Source: Acidobacteriota bacterium (GTDB lineage: Bacteria > Acidobacteriota > Vicinamibacteria > Fen-336). From it: a stretch of DNA of 52,481 nucleotides. Location: NCBI GenBank assembly GCA_022340545.1, contig JAJDNV010000255.1, forward strand, positions 1 to 52,481, in the 5' to 3' direction. This document shows, one piece after another, positions 28,202 through 37,012 of the stretch (positions are counted from its first letter, which is position 1; each line of letters begins with the position of its first letter). Below the pieces are notes generated by a model that saw only the letters and a list, made by a program, of their open reading frames with translations, searched no databases and was not told the origin of the DNA. Made by a program: the position numbers and the translations under genes.

Positions 28202-29077
28202 ATGAAGCAGCTCTGGAAGGTCGCGCTCGTCCTGCTCGGGGGGGGCGCTCTTCTCGTCGCGTGCTCGAGCCGGATGGCCACGACACCGCCGGCCGGCGCG
28301 TCCCGCGCCCCGGGATACCACCCCGGGAAGTTCGTCTGGCACGACCTCGTGACCCGGGACCCGGCCTCCGCCCGCCGCTTCTACGGTGCGCTCCTCGGCT
28401 GGGAGTTCCAGGACACGACGCGCAACGAGCAGCCCTACGCCATCGCTCGCATGGGGAGTGACCCTGTCGCCGGCATCGTCGTTCGCCCGGACCCGGGCGA
28501 CGAGCCCGCCCTGTGGTTGAGCTATCTCTCCGTCGGGAACGTCGACCAGGCGGTGGAGATGGTCACGGCGGCCGGGGGAGAGACCCTCTACCCGCCCACC
28601 GAACTGCCCGGGGTGGCCCGGTTGGCCGTGGTCACCGACCCCCAGGGCGCCGCTCTCGGCCTGGTGCGGCTGAACGACGGTGACCCCCCCGATGGGCCCG
28701 GTCCCGAGGTCGGACACGTCTTCTGGATGGAGTACATCGCGGACGATGCCGCCGCGGCGGTCAGGTTCTACCAGGGCCTGTCCGGGTACGAGAGCATGGT
28801 CCAGGAGTCCCGGGGGGGAATCGAATACCACGTCCTGCGCCGCGACGGCCGCTCGCGGGCCGGGCTCTTCCAGGTCCCGAAGATCTCCGACGAGAACGTC
28901 GACCCCAACTGGCTCCCCTACGTGCGCGTCGAGGATCCCGCGGCCCTGGCCAGCCGGGTCGGGTCGCTGGGAGGGCAGGTCATCCTGGCCCCGAATCCGA
29001 GCATCCGGGGCGGAACCCTGGCCATCGTCGCCGACCCTACGGGTGGGGCGCTGGCGCTGCAGAAGTGGCCGCTCTGA
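28202..29077 (+). CDS. VOC/glyoxalase family protein (two VOC domains), lipoprotein
   Basis: LLVAC lipobox; FVWHDL...FYGALLGW, DPQGA; FWME...DPTGG. Confidence 0.88.
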   Translation: MKQLWKVALVLLGGGALLVACSSRMATTPPAGASRAPGYHPGKFVWHDLVTRDPASARRFYGALLGWEFQDTTRNEQPYAIARMGSDPVAGIVVRPDPGDEPALWLSYLSVGNVDQAVEMVTAAGGETLYPPTELPGVARLAVVTDPQGAALGLVRLNDGDPPDGPGPEVGHVFWMEYIADDAAAAVRFYQGLSGYESMVQESRGGIEYHVLRRDGRSRAGLFQVPKISDENVDPNWLPYVRVEDPAALASRVGSLGGQVILAPNPSIRGGTLAIVADPTGGALALQKWPL

Positions 29078-29094
29078 GCGGGAAGGAGACAGCG

Positions 29095-29268
29095 ATGAGA
29101 CAGCGACTCTCGATCCGGCTCCTCGCGTTCGCCGTCGTGGCCGTCCTTGCCCTCACGATGATCGGCTGCAACGCGACGGTGGGCATCGGCGTGGCGGTGC
29201 CTGTGCACGGGCCGTGGTACGGACCCTGGGGTGGAGGCATCTATGTCGGCGGCCCGATCTGGCCTTGA
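29095..29268 (+). CDS. Small (57 aa) putative lipoprotein, Gly/Pro/Trp-rich
   Basis: AAGGAG RBS; signal peptide ending MIGC; mature part NATVGIGVAVPVHGPWYGPWGGGIYVGGPIWP. Confidence 0.7.
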   Translation: MRQRLSIRLLAFAVVAVLALTMIGCNATVGIGVAVPVHGPWYGPWGGGIYVGGPIWP

Positions 29269-29288
29269 GGTTCGTGTGGACGTCCGGG

Positions 29289-29966
29289 TCAGTCGAGCGG
29301 GGTCAGCTCCACCTTGCGGAACTGGATCTCGCCTCCCTCTGACTGGAGACCGATCGGGCCCGCGAGAACCTCCGTATCCGTGGCCTCGTTGAGCGTCTTT
29401 CCGTTGACGCGGAGGACGATGTCGGGTCCGGCGAGGCGAATGTCGTATCGATTCCATTCCCCGGGCGGGTTCTCGTTGGCCTCGATCTTCGCGAACGCCA
29501 CCATGTCGCCGAGTCTCTCGTGGTCGGTGATCTCTCTCTTGCGCGCGGGGTCGCCGCTCAGCTTCATTCCCCAGAACCCGTGGAGAGCACCCGCGTTGCC
29601 GCTCTGGAGCTGGGCCTCGTAGCTTCGCGGAATGGCCCGGGGCTCGCCGTTGATCCGCATCAAGACGCCGCTGTTGCCCGGTTCCGTTCCGGGAGCCCAG
29701 CGCCACTCGACCACGAGCTCGTAGCTCGTGTACTCCGCGGTGGTGTAGAGGTACCCGAGCGGCTCCCCCTTGCAGACGAGGAGGCCGTCCTGAACGCTCC
29801 AGACGTCCTCCATCGCAACGTCGGGATCCACGAGAAAGTAACTCCAGCCACTGAGATCCTTCCCGTTGAAGAGCGGGATCGACTTCGCAGCATCAGCCGC
29901 GGGCGACCTCGTGGGCAGGGCGCCGAGGGCGAGAATCAAGACCACTGACCAGGCGTACGTGCGCAT
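29289..29966 (-). CDS. DUF1080 (3-keto-disaccharide hydrolase-like) secreted protein
   Basis: LFNGKDLSGW, GNSGV, YEAQL, GEWN, GPIGLQSEG...FRKV. Confidence 0.9.
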   Translation of the reverse strand: MRTYAWSVVLILALGALPTRSPAADAAKSIPLFNGKDLSGWSYFLVDPDVAMEDVWSVQDGLLVCKGEPLGYLYTTAEYTSYELVVEWRWAPGTEPGNSGVLMRINGEPRAIPRSYEAQLQSGNAGALHGFWGMKLSGDPARKREITDHERLGDMVAFAKIEANENPPGEWNRYDIRLAGPDIVLRVNGKTLNEATDTEVLAGPIGLQSEGGEIQFRKVELTPLD

Positions 29967-30135
29967 GGATGACTCCTCTCTTCTCCCGTGACTCCGGGAC
30001 GAAGCCGGGGTTCCGGGATTCTCGGTCGCCGGCCCCAGGACGTCAATCCCTGCTGTACGCGCTGAGGAGCTGGCCGTCCTCGAACTCGACCCGGCAGCTG
30101 CAGGACGGCGCCAGCCCCGTTGCGGCCGACACCAA

Positions 30136-30492
30136 TCAGCGGAAGACGATGACCTCGCCAGCCAGCTTCTTCTTCTCGGAGGCGATCATCCCGGTCGTCA
30201 GGATGATGAACTCCGTCTCCTTGGACTCGGGTCCGAGAATCACGGCCTCTCCGCCCAGCTGCGCCGCCTCGTCGACGATCTTCGCGCGCAGATCACCGTA
30301 GTCCTTGAACACATTGTCCGCCCGCGACTCGACACGGGCGATGGTCGTGTAGGGCCGTTCCGGCGCCTCCTCAAACACCACGACGGACTCGGGTGCTCGC
30401 GCTGGCCGAACGTCTGAATTCAGTCGCTGCGTCTGGGCGGTCACGCAACCCGCAGCGACGACGCACATGCACACGAAGAGCGCTCGTCGCAT
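30136..30492 (-). CDS. Hypothetical lipoprotein (118 aa)
   Basis: GGAGGAG RBS; AAGC lipobox; PERPYTTIA...AAQLGGEAVI. Confidence 0.7.
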   Translation of the reverse strand: MRRALFVCMCVVAAGCVTAQTQRLNSDVRPARAPESVVVFEEAPERPYTTIARVESRADNVFKDYGDLRAKIVDEAAQLGGEAVILGPESKETEFIILTTGMIASEKKKLAGEVIVFR

Positions 30493-30720
30493 GGCTCCTC
30501 CTCCTGAGGGTGAGACGCAAATCCACTTTGCCGTATGCACCATCGTGCCCTTGTATTGCAAGGGGTGTACCAGCGCCCTGGAGCGGCGTCACGTTGTGCC
30601 GTTGCCCGGTTACGCCATGGCAGAAGGGCAGGCACGCAATGCAGTCACGGGAATCCAAGAATCTGGCTGGTCTCTCCTGGAGACACTGTGTCCTGTCCGT
30701 ACGGGTATCCGGCGGGCCGG

Positions 30721-31089
30721 TCAGAAGCTCAGGGTCGCCGCACCCTGTTTGACCACCTCGAGCATCGCGGGGGCGCCGGCGACCGTCACGCCGTCCACCA
30801 TGTCGTCCTGGGCGTAGCCTCGAACCTTGGCGCACGGGGGGCAGACGAGAACGCTGCCACCATTGGACATCAGATTCCCGATGAGCTGCTTCATGGGCGG
30901 ATCCACCGGGTTCAGGTGCGCTATCTCGGCGGCACCCTTGCGCACCCAGTCGACGCCGGAGGCGACCAGGAACACGGTCACCTCCATGTCCGAGGCAATG
31001 CCGGCATTGGCAATGCTCCAGGCGACCGACGAGCGTTCGTCGTCCATCCCACGACTGATCACGATCACGAGCTTCTGTCTCTCTGCCAT
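30721..31089 (-). CDS. DsrE/DsrF-like family protein
   Basis: VTVFLVASGV, VCPPCAKVRG, VTVAG. Confidence 0.85.
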   Translation of the reverse strand: MAERQKLVIVISRGMDDERSSVAWSIANAGIASDMEVTVFLVASGVDWVRKGAAEIAHLNPVDPPMKQLIGNLMSNGGSVLVCPPCAKVRGYAQDDMVDGVTVAGAPAMLEVVKQGAATLSF

Positions 31090-31306
31090 GAATTACACCT
31101 CGCATTCGCCGTTGTGGCCTCCCGACGGGACGGCTCCGCCGCCGCCCTCGCCATATGCCAGGACGACCCCTGCCACGAGACCTACTTCAAATTCTTGGAG
31201 GGCAATCGTACTCGCTCACGTTGTTGGTTTCCATCCCGCATCCGCCGCCGGTGGGTTAACATCTCTCTCCGCCAGAGCGGCTCGGTCGATCCGAAAGGAG
31301 TGCCGG

Positions 31307-31522
31307 TTGGAAGAGCGGTGGGATGCCGGAGAGACGGGGTGCGGACAGCTCGTCTTCGAGCTCCGTCTTCGGGTGAACGGACTGAAGCCCGGGGATCGGC
31401 TCGAGGTCATCGCGCGGGACCCCGGGGCACCAACGGACCTGCCCGCGTGGTGCCGTATGACCGGGCACACGCTTCTCTCGGCGCAGCATCCCGTCTACGT
31501 CATCGAGCGCAGGAGCGACTGA
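31307..31522 (+). CDS. Sulfurtransferase TusA-family protein
   Basis: WDAGETGCG, LKPGDRLEVIARDPGAPTDLPAWCRMTGH; TTG start after AAAGGAG. Confidence 0.82.
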   Translation: MEERWDAGETGCGQLVFELRLRVNGLKPGDRLEVIARDPGAPTDLPAWCRMTGHTLLSAQHPVYVIERRSD

Positions 31523-31570
31523 GCACTCCGACTGGGGAAGCGGACCCGCCATTCATGGGGGGGTGGACGA

Positions 31571-33382
31571 ATGAAGAAGTCGCTGCTCGTCTTGACGGTT
31601 CTGTCTCTTGCCGCGTGCGGCGGCGGCAGTGTGAGCGGGCCCGACGACACCCCGCCGTCGGCCTCACCCGTGGATGCTCTTGCCGCCGATCTCCAGGGCC
31701 TGGCGCTCGACGATTTCTATCACACCTCGTTCGGGGCGTTGATCCGGCGGTCGCCGGAGACTGTCGTCTGGGAAGCGCTGACGGGCACGTTTCCTCTCGA
31801 CTCGGTCGGCCTTGATGATCTGTCGGATGCCTACAGCCGGGACACGTATGCGATGTACCAGGTTGTGTTGGACGCGCTACGGGGCTACGACCGGGCTGCT
31901 CTCGACGCGGAAGGTCAGCTCAACTACGACATCTACGAGTGGTACCTGCAGGATGTCGTCGATGGCCTCGAGTTCATCTACCATGATTTTCCAGCGACCT
32001 ACATGCTGTTTGCGCAGCAGCGGCAAACCGAGCAGTTCTTCACCGACATTCATCCGCTTGCGACAGTGCAGGATGCCGAGGACTACATCACGCGACTGAA
32101 CCAGGTGGAGCGCAAGTTCGGTCAACTGGTCGATCATCTCGAGCTACAGCGGCAAAACGGCATCGTCGAGCCGGCGTTGTCCATGCAGATCGCAATCGAC
32201 CAGGCGACGCCGCTGGCGCGGAGCTCTGGGCCGGCCCATCCCTACTACACGCGATTCTTCAACGGCACCACCACAATTGCCGGCCTGGGAGACGCCGAAC
32301 GTGACGATCTCAATGCCCGGGCCTTGTCAGCCGTCAACAGCAGCGTCATTCCCGGGTATCAGGCCCTGCTCAATGAGCTGAGCAATCTGATCGGAGGCGC
32401 GCCGCCCTCGATTGGCGTGGGGCAGTATGCCCGTGGCCGCGCCTACTACGGCTATTCCCTTCGGCACCACACCACGACCAACCTGACGGCGACCGAGATT
32501 CATCAGCTCGGCCTCCAGCAGCTGTCGCGAATCCATGCGGAGATGCGGCTGATCTTTGACCAGCTCGGCTATCCGCAGGACGAGACACTGCAGCAGCTGT
32601 TTCTACGCGTCACGCACGACGGCGGGGTGATTCCGGCGGCCAACGTACTTCCGACCTACGCAGGGATCATAGACGTCACCGAGCAGCGGCTGGACCAGGC
32701 GTTCGACATCTTTCCGTCCGCCGACGTCATCGTCCTTCCGGATCCGTTCGGTGGTTTCTACATCGGCCCGTCATTCGACGGCACGCGCCCGGGTGCGTTC
32801 TACGCAGGGACCCAGAGCGACCAGCCATGGTTCCAGATGCGTTCGCTGACCTATCACGAGGCCATTCCGGGCCACCACACGCAGATCGCAATCGCGATGG
32901 AACAGGATGTGCCCGCGTTTCGCAAGATCGCAGGATTCACTGGATTCGTCGAAGGCTGGGCTCTCTATGCCGAACGTCTCGCCTGGGAGCTCGGCTGGTA
33001 CGAAGATGATCCTTTTTCCGATCTCGGGCGACTGCAATATGAGGCGCTGCGAGCTGCGAGGCTGGTCATGGACACCGGCATCCACGACCTCGGATGGTCG
33101 TTCGATCAAGCGACCCAGTTCAATGCAGAAAACGTCGGCACCTCGACGGGTTCTTCGCAAGCTGCGGCCGCTCGGTACAGCGTATGGCCAGGCCAGTCGA
33201 CGGCCTACATGATTGGCATGCTGCAGATCCTCGCTGAACGCCAGCGCGCGATGGATGCGCTCGGCTCGCAGTTCGATCTGAAGGGCTTCCACCGTGCTGT
33301 TCTGTCGAACGGAGCGGTGCCGCTCGCACTCCTCCCCACCGTCGTCGATCGCTATATCGCCGGGGTGCAGGCCGGGCCGTAG
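31571..33382 (+). CDS. DUF885 family lipoprotein (putative metallopeptidase)
   Basis: LAAC lipobox; YHEAIPGHHTQ, FVEGWALYAE, RLVMDTGIH, PGQSTAYMIG. Confidence 0.9.
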   Translation: MKKSLLVLTVLSLAACGGGSVSGPDDTPPSASPVDALAADLQGLALDDFYHTSFGALIRRSPETVVWEALTGTFPLDSVGLDDLSDAYSRDTYAMYQVVLDALRGYDRAALDAEGQLNYDIYEWYLQDVVDGLEFIYHDFPATYMLFAQQRQTEQFFTDIHPLATVQDAEDYITRLNQVERKFGQLVDHLELQRQNGIVEPALSMQIAIDQATPLARSSGPAHPYYTRFFNGTTTIAGLGDAERDDLNARALSAVNSSVIPGYQALLNELSNLIGGAPPSIGVGQYARGRAYYGYSLRHHTTTNLTATEIHQLGLQQLSRIHAEMRLIFDQLGYPQDETLQQLFLRVTHDGGVIPAANVLPTYAGIIDVTEQRLDQAFDIFPSADVIVLPDPFGGFYIGPSFDGTRPGAFYAGTQSDQPWFQMRSLTYHEAIPGHHTQIAIAMEQDVPAFRKIAGFTGFVEGWALYAERLAWELGWYEDDPFSDLGRLQYEALRAARLVMDTGIHDLGWSFDQATQFNAENVGTSTGSSQAAAARYSVWPGQSTAYMIGMLQILAERQRAMDALGSQFDLKGFHRAVLSNGAVPLALLPTVVDRYIAGVQAGP

Positions 33383-33583
33383 TCCGCCAGCGTGCGTGTC
33401 TCTCAGCCCCGTCGGAGGGCCTTTGGGTCGTGGCCTCGGGCGCCTTGGGGACGGGAGCTGCGTACGGTCGCGGATGCCTGGACGTTGAGGAGGGCCCTGC
33501 TATCCGGGGGCTCCCGGCCTCTCGCCCGTCCGGTGCGGTCGTGTGTCAGCCGGAATGTCGGAGGAGGGTGACCGCCCGCGAGT

Positions 33584-33659
<76 letters not shown>

Positions 33660-33674
33660 AGCAGGCGAACAGGC

Positions 33675-33703
33675 ATTGAATCACGAAGCCCCGCAGTCGT
33701 CAA
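33675..33703 (-). promoter_or_regulatory. Sigma70-type promoter for tRNA-Phe
   Basis: TTGACG-17 bp-TTCAAT immediately upstream of the tRNA. Confidence 0.6.
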
Positions 33704-33821
33704 AGAGCGGGGCGACGCGGACGCCAGTCCCACAGCCGTTCCCATCCATCGGAACTCTGTGCGCACAGAGTTGGCCGGGAGATCCCTCGCGGGCCGACCC
33801 GCCAGCGCGCGAGGGATGTCT

Positions 33822-34904
<1,083 letters not shown>

Positions 34905-35354
34905 CTGTCGTCTCCTCCTCGTGCTCGTGATGGGCGGGGGCGTGCCGCCACCCCCAGGCTGAGCGCGATCGTAGCCTGAGGTCCGGTCATCTGGGGTCCG
35001 TAAATGATGTCGGATCGAAACATGACCGCCAAGTTCGGTGCGGCGTGTCCGGTCGAGCGGACAACCGCCCCGAAGGGCTCCGTGTTGAGGATGCATCGGT
35101 GAAGGTGCCTTCGAGCGTGCGGCTCTGCGCAATATGTGCGCTTTCTCGTCAAGCTTGCGGGACTGCCTAACCCTCTGTTGAGGCGCGTGTTGTCCCGTGT
35201 CTGAAGGGGCATTCCATGATTTTGGATCGGTATCGAAAAAAGGATGGATGCCCCGTAACCCCCTCTGCTACAATCTCTAGATGTCAGGCGGACCCGGGAA
35301 GTTCCTGGGCGTCCAGCTCGAGGGCCGGGCCACAATCCAAACAAGGGGAAGCAG

Positions 35355-36182
35355 TTGAAGGCTGCATCGTTGCGAAAGAAAACCAAGGGTTCAGTACGTT
35401 CCTCCGCTCGCAGGACCGCTGCGAAGCCGAAGGGTGGGGCGGTGAAGCGCTCGACAAGCAAGAAGCGCACCGCTACGAGCAGGAAGCGGAGTTCAACACG
35501 CAAGACGCGGGCCGCGACCAGTCGGAAGAAGCCCGCCACCAGCCGGAAGAAGGCCCCAACCAGCCGGAAGAGGCCCGCCACCAGCCGGAAGAAGGCCGCG
35601 ACCAGCAAGAAGAAGGGTCGTGTGGCCGCCAAGACGACCCGGCGCGCGCGGACTCCCGTGCGTCGGGCTCGAACGTCCACTCCGGCCCGCGCGACCCATC
35701 CCCAGGCGGCGCCAAAGGCCCGCGCGAGGATCCCGTCCCCGCTGCCGACGAGGCACGTGGCCCCGGAGCGCGGGCCCGTGGCCCTGCGCGCCCGCTCGAT
35801 GCCACCGAAGCGGGAACGCCACGGTCTTACCGTGTCCGCCCCCGCCCGGCCACCGGTCGCGCTGCCGGAGTTCTCGGAGGCTGGAGTCTTCCTGGCCATC
35901 ACGTACTCCATCCGCGACGGTCGCCGGGGCGAGTTTTTCGACCTCATGCGCGAGCTGAAGCCTCTCCTCAACGCGATCGGCGGGATGGACATCTGCGTCT
36001 ACGAGGACCGCAGCCGTCCGAACTACCTCATGGAGGTCTTCCGCTTCAAGGACGAGACGGAGTTCACCGCCTTCGACGACAAGTTTCACAAGGACAGGAA
36101 GATCGCCGCCATCTACGCGCTGCTCGACGACATCGTCGAAGCGGAGAAGAGCGACTTCAAGATCTTCGAGCGGCGGCTGTAG
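35355..36182 (+). CDS. Histone H1-like K/R-rich protein fused to a C-terminal ABM/NIPSNAP-like alpha+beta domain
   Basis: About 170 aa low-complexity K/R/A/T/S/P region, then globular ITYSIRDGRRGEF...YEDRSRPNYLMEVF; TTG start uncertain. Confidence 0.7.
   Translation: MKAASLRKKTKGSVRSSARRTAAKPKGGAVKRSTSKKRTATSRKRSSTRKTRAATSRKKPATSRKKAPTSRKRPATSRKKAATSKKKGRVAAKTTRRARTPVRRARTSTPARATHPQAAPKARARIPSPLPTRHVAPERGPVALRARSMPPKRERHGLTVSAPARPPVALPEFSEAGVFLAITYSIRDGRRGEFFDLMRELKPLLNAIGGMDICVYEDRSRPNYLMEVFRFKDETEFTAFDDKFHKDRKIAAIYALLDDIVEAEKSDFKIFERRL
35514..35618 (+). repeat. Five imperfect 21-bp tandem repeats encoding (A/P)TS(R/K)K(K/R)x
   Basis: gcgaccagtcggaagaagccc / gccaccagccggaagaaggcc / ccaaccagccggaagaggccc / gccaccagccggaagaaggcc / gcgaccagcaagaagaagggt. 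Confidence 0.85.
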
Positions 36183-36232
36183 GGACGGCCGCGGCACGAG
36201 ATTCCCCCCGCGGCTGCCCGTAGGCGCTCCCG

Positions 36233-36796
36233 ATGCCGTCCCCCATCGCGCACGGTCTCGTCGGTCTCTCGGTTCATGTCCTCGCGTCGCAGGACCGCGC
36301 CGAGATCCGGGACCCCTGGCGCATCGGGGTGACCGTCGGGGCCGCCCTCATCCCCGACATTGACCTCCTCTTCCGCCTCGTCGACGGCGTGAACCACCAC
36401 AACAACGAGACCCACTCCTTCGGGTTCGCGCTGCTCGCCGCGGTGACCGCGGCCGCCGCCTTCCGCCTCGCCCGGTGGAAACGGCCCCTGGTCCTCGGCC
36501 TGGTGGTCGGCCTCGCCTGGGCCAGCCACGTCCTGCTCGACCTCCTCAACCTCGACACCCATCCCCCGATCGGCCTGATGGCGCTCTGGCCCTTCTCGGA
36601 CGGCTACTACAAGTCGCCGGTCCTCCTCTTTCTGGACATCGGGCGTACACTTGACTGGACGGCGGTCCGGCACAACAGCGTCTCGGTGGCCTGGGAATGT
36701 GTGATTCTGGTTCCCGCGTTGCTGGCTGCCGGGCGCTATCGGATGCGGCACCTGGGGAGGGACGTATGGCGAGAGGGGCCGAAAGCAAGCCCGTAG
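36233..36796 (+). CDS. Membrane metal-dependent hydrolase (YdjM-like)
   Basis: AHG, LIPDID, HHNNETHS, SHVLLD, LWPF. Confidence 0.82.
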   Translation: MPSPIAHGLVGLSVHVLASQDRAEIRDPWRIGVTVGAALIPDIDLLFRLVDGVNHHNNETHSFGFALLAAVTAAAAFRLARWKRPLVLGLVVGLAWASHVLLDLLNLDTHPPIGLMALWPFSDGYYKSPVLLFLDIGRTLDWTAVRHNSVSVAWECVILVPALLAAGRYRMRHLGRDVWREGPKASP

Positions 36797-36996
36797 CCGA
36801 GAAGCAGGAGCGGGCCTCACCCTCGCCGAAGAACGCGAGCGAGGAGGAGGCGGCCCTCATCTTCCGTCGCCGGAAGCTCGAGCTGTCGCGGAAGGACGTC
36901 GAGCGCCGCCTCGAGACGGCTCAGGCCAAGCCCCACCGCGAGATGCTCCGACGGGCGCTGGCCGCCCTCGACGAGGAGCTCGCTTCGCTCGGCTGA
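36766..36996 (+). CDS. Small helical hypothetical protein (76 aa)
   Basis: GGGAGG RBS; MARGAESKPV...LELSR...MLRRALAALDEEL, resembling small acidobacterial proteins (from memory, unverified). Confidence 0.7.
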   Translation: MARGAESKPVAEKQERASPSPKNASEEEAALIFRRRKLELSRKDVERRLETAQAKPHREMLRRALAALDEELASLG

Positions 36997-37012
36997 CGCG
37001 AGCGTCCTCGTC

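Noticed and set aside
30535-30551. Possible minus-strand sigma54 promoter GGGCACGATGGTGCA upstream of the 118-aa lipoprotein
   Set aside because: GGCAC-to-TGC spacing is one base short of the -24/-12 consensus
31090-31306. AT-richer stretch translating to ...CHETYFKFLEGNR... as a gene remnant
   Set aside because: Too short to assign; more simply the divergent promoter region of DsrE/TusA
35514-35618. 21-bp repeats as a CRISPR array
   Set aside because: No spacers, in-frame coding repeats, no cas genes
35216-36223. Alternative 335-aa frame over the histone-like gene
   Set aside because: The 35355..36182 frame gives a coherent globular C-terminal domain and starts downstream of the candidate promoter
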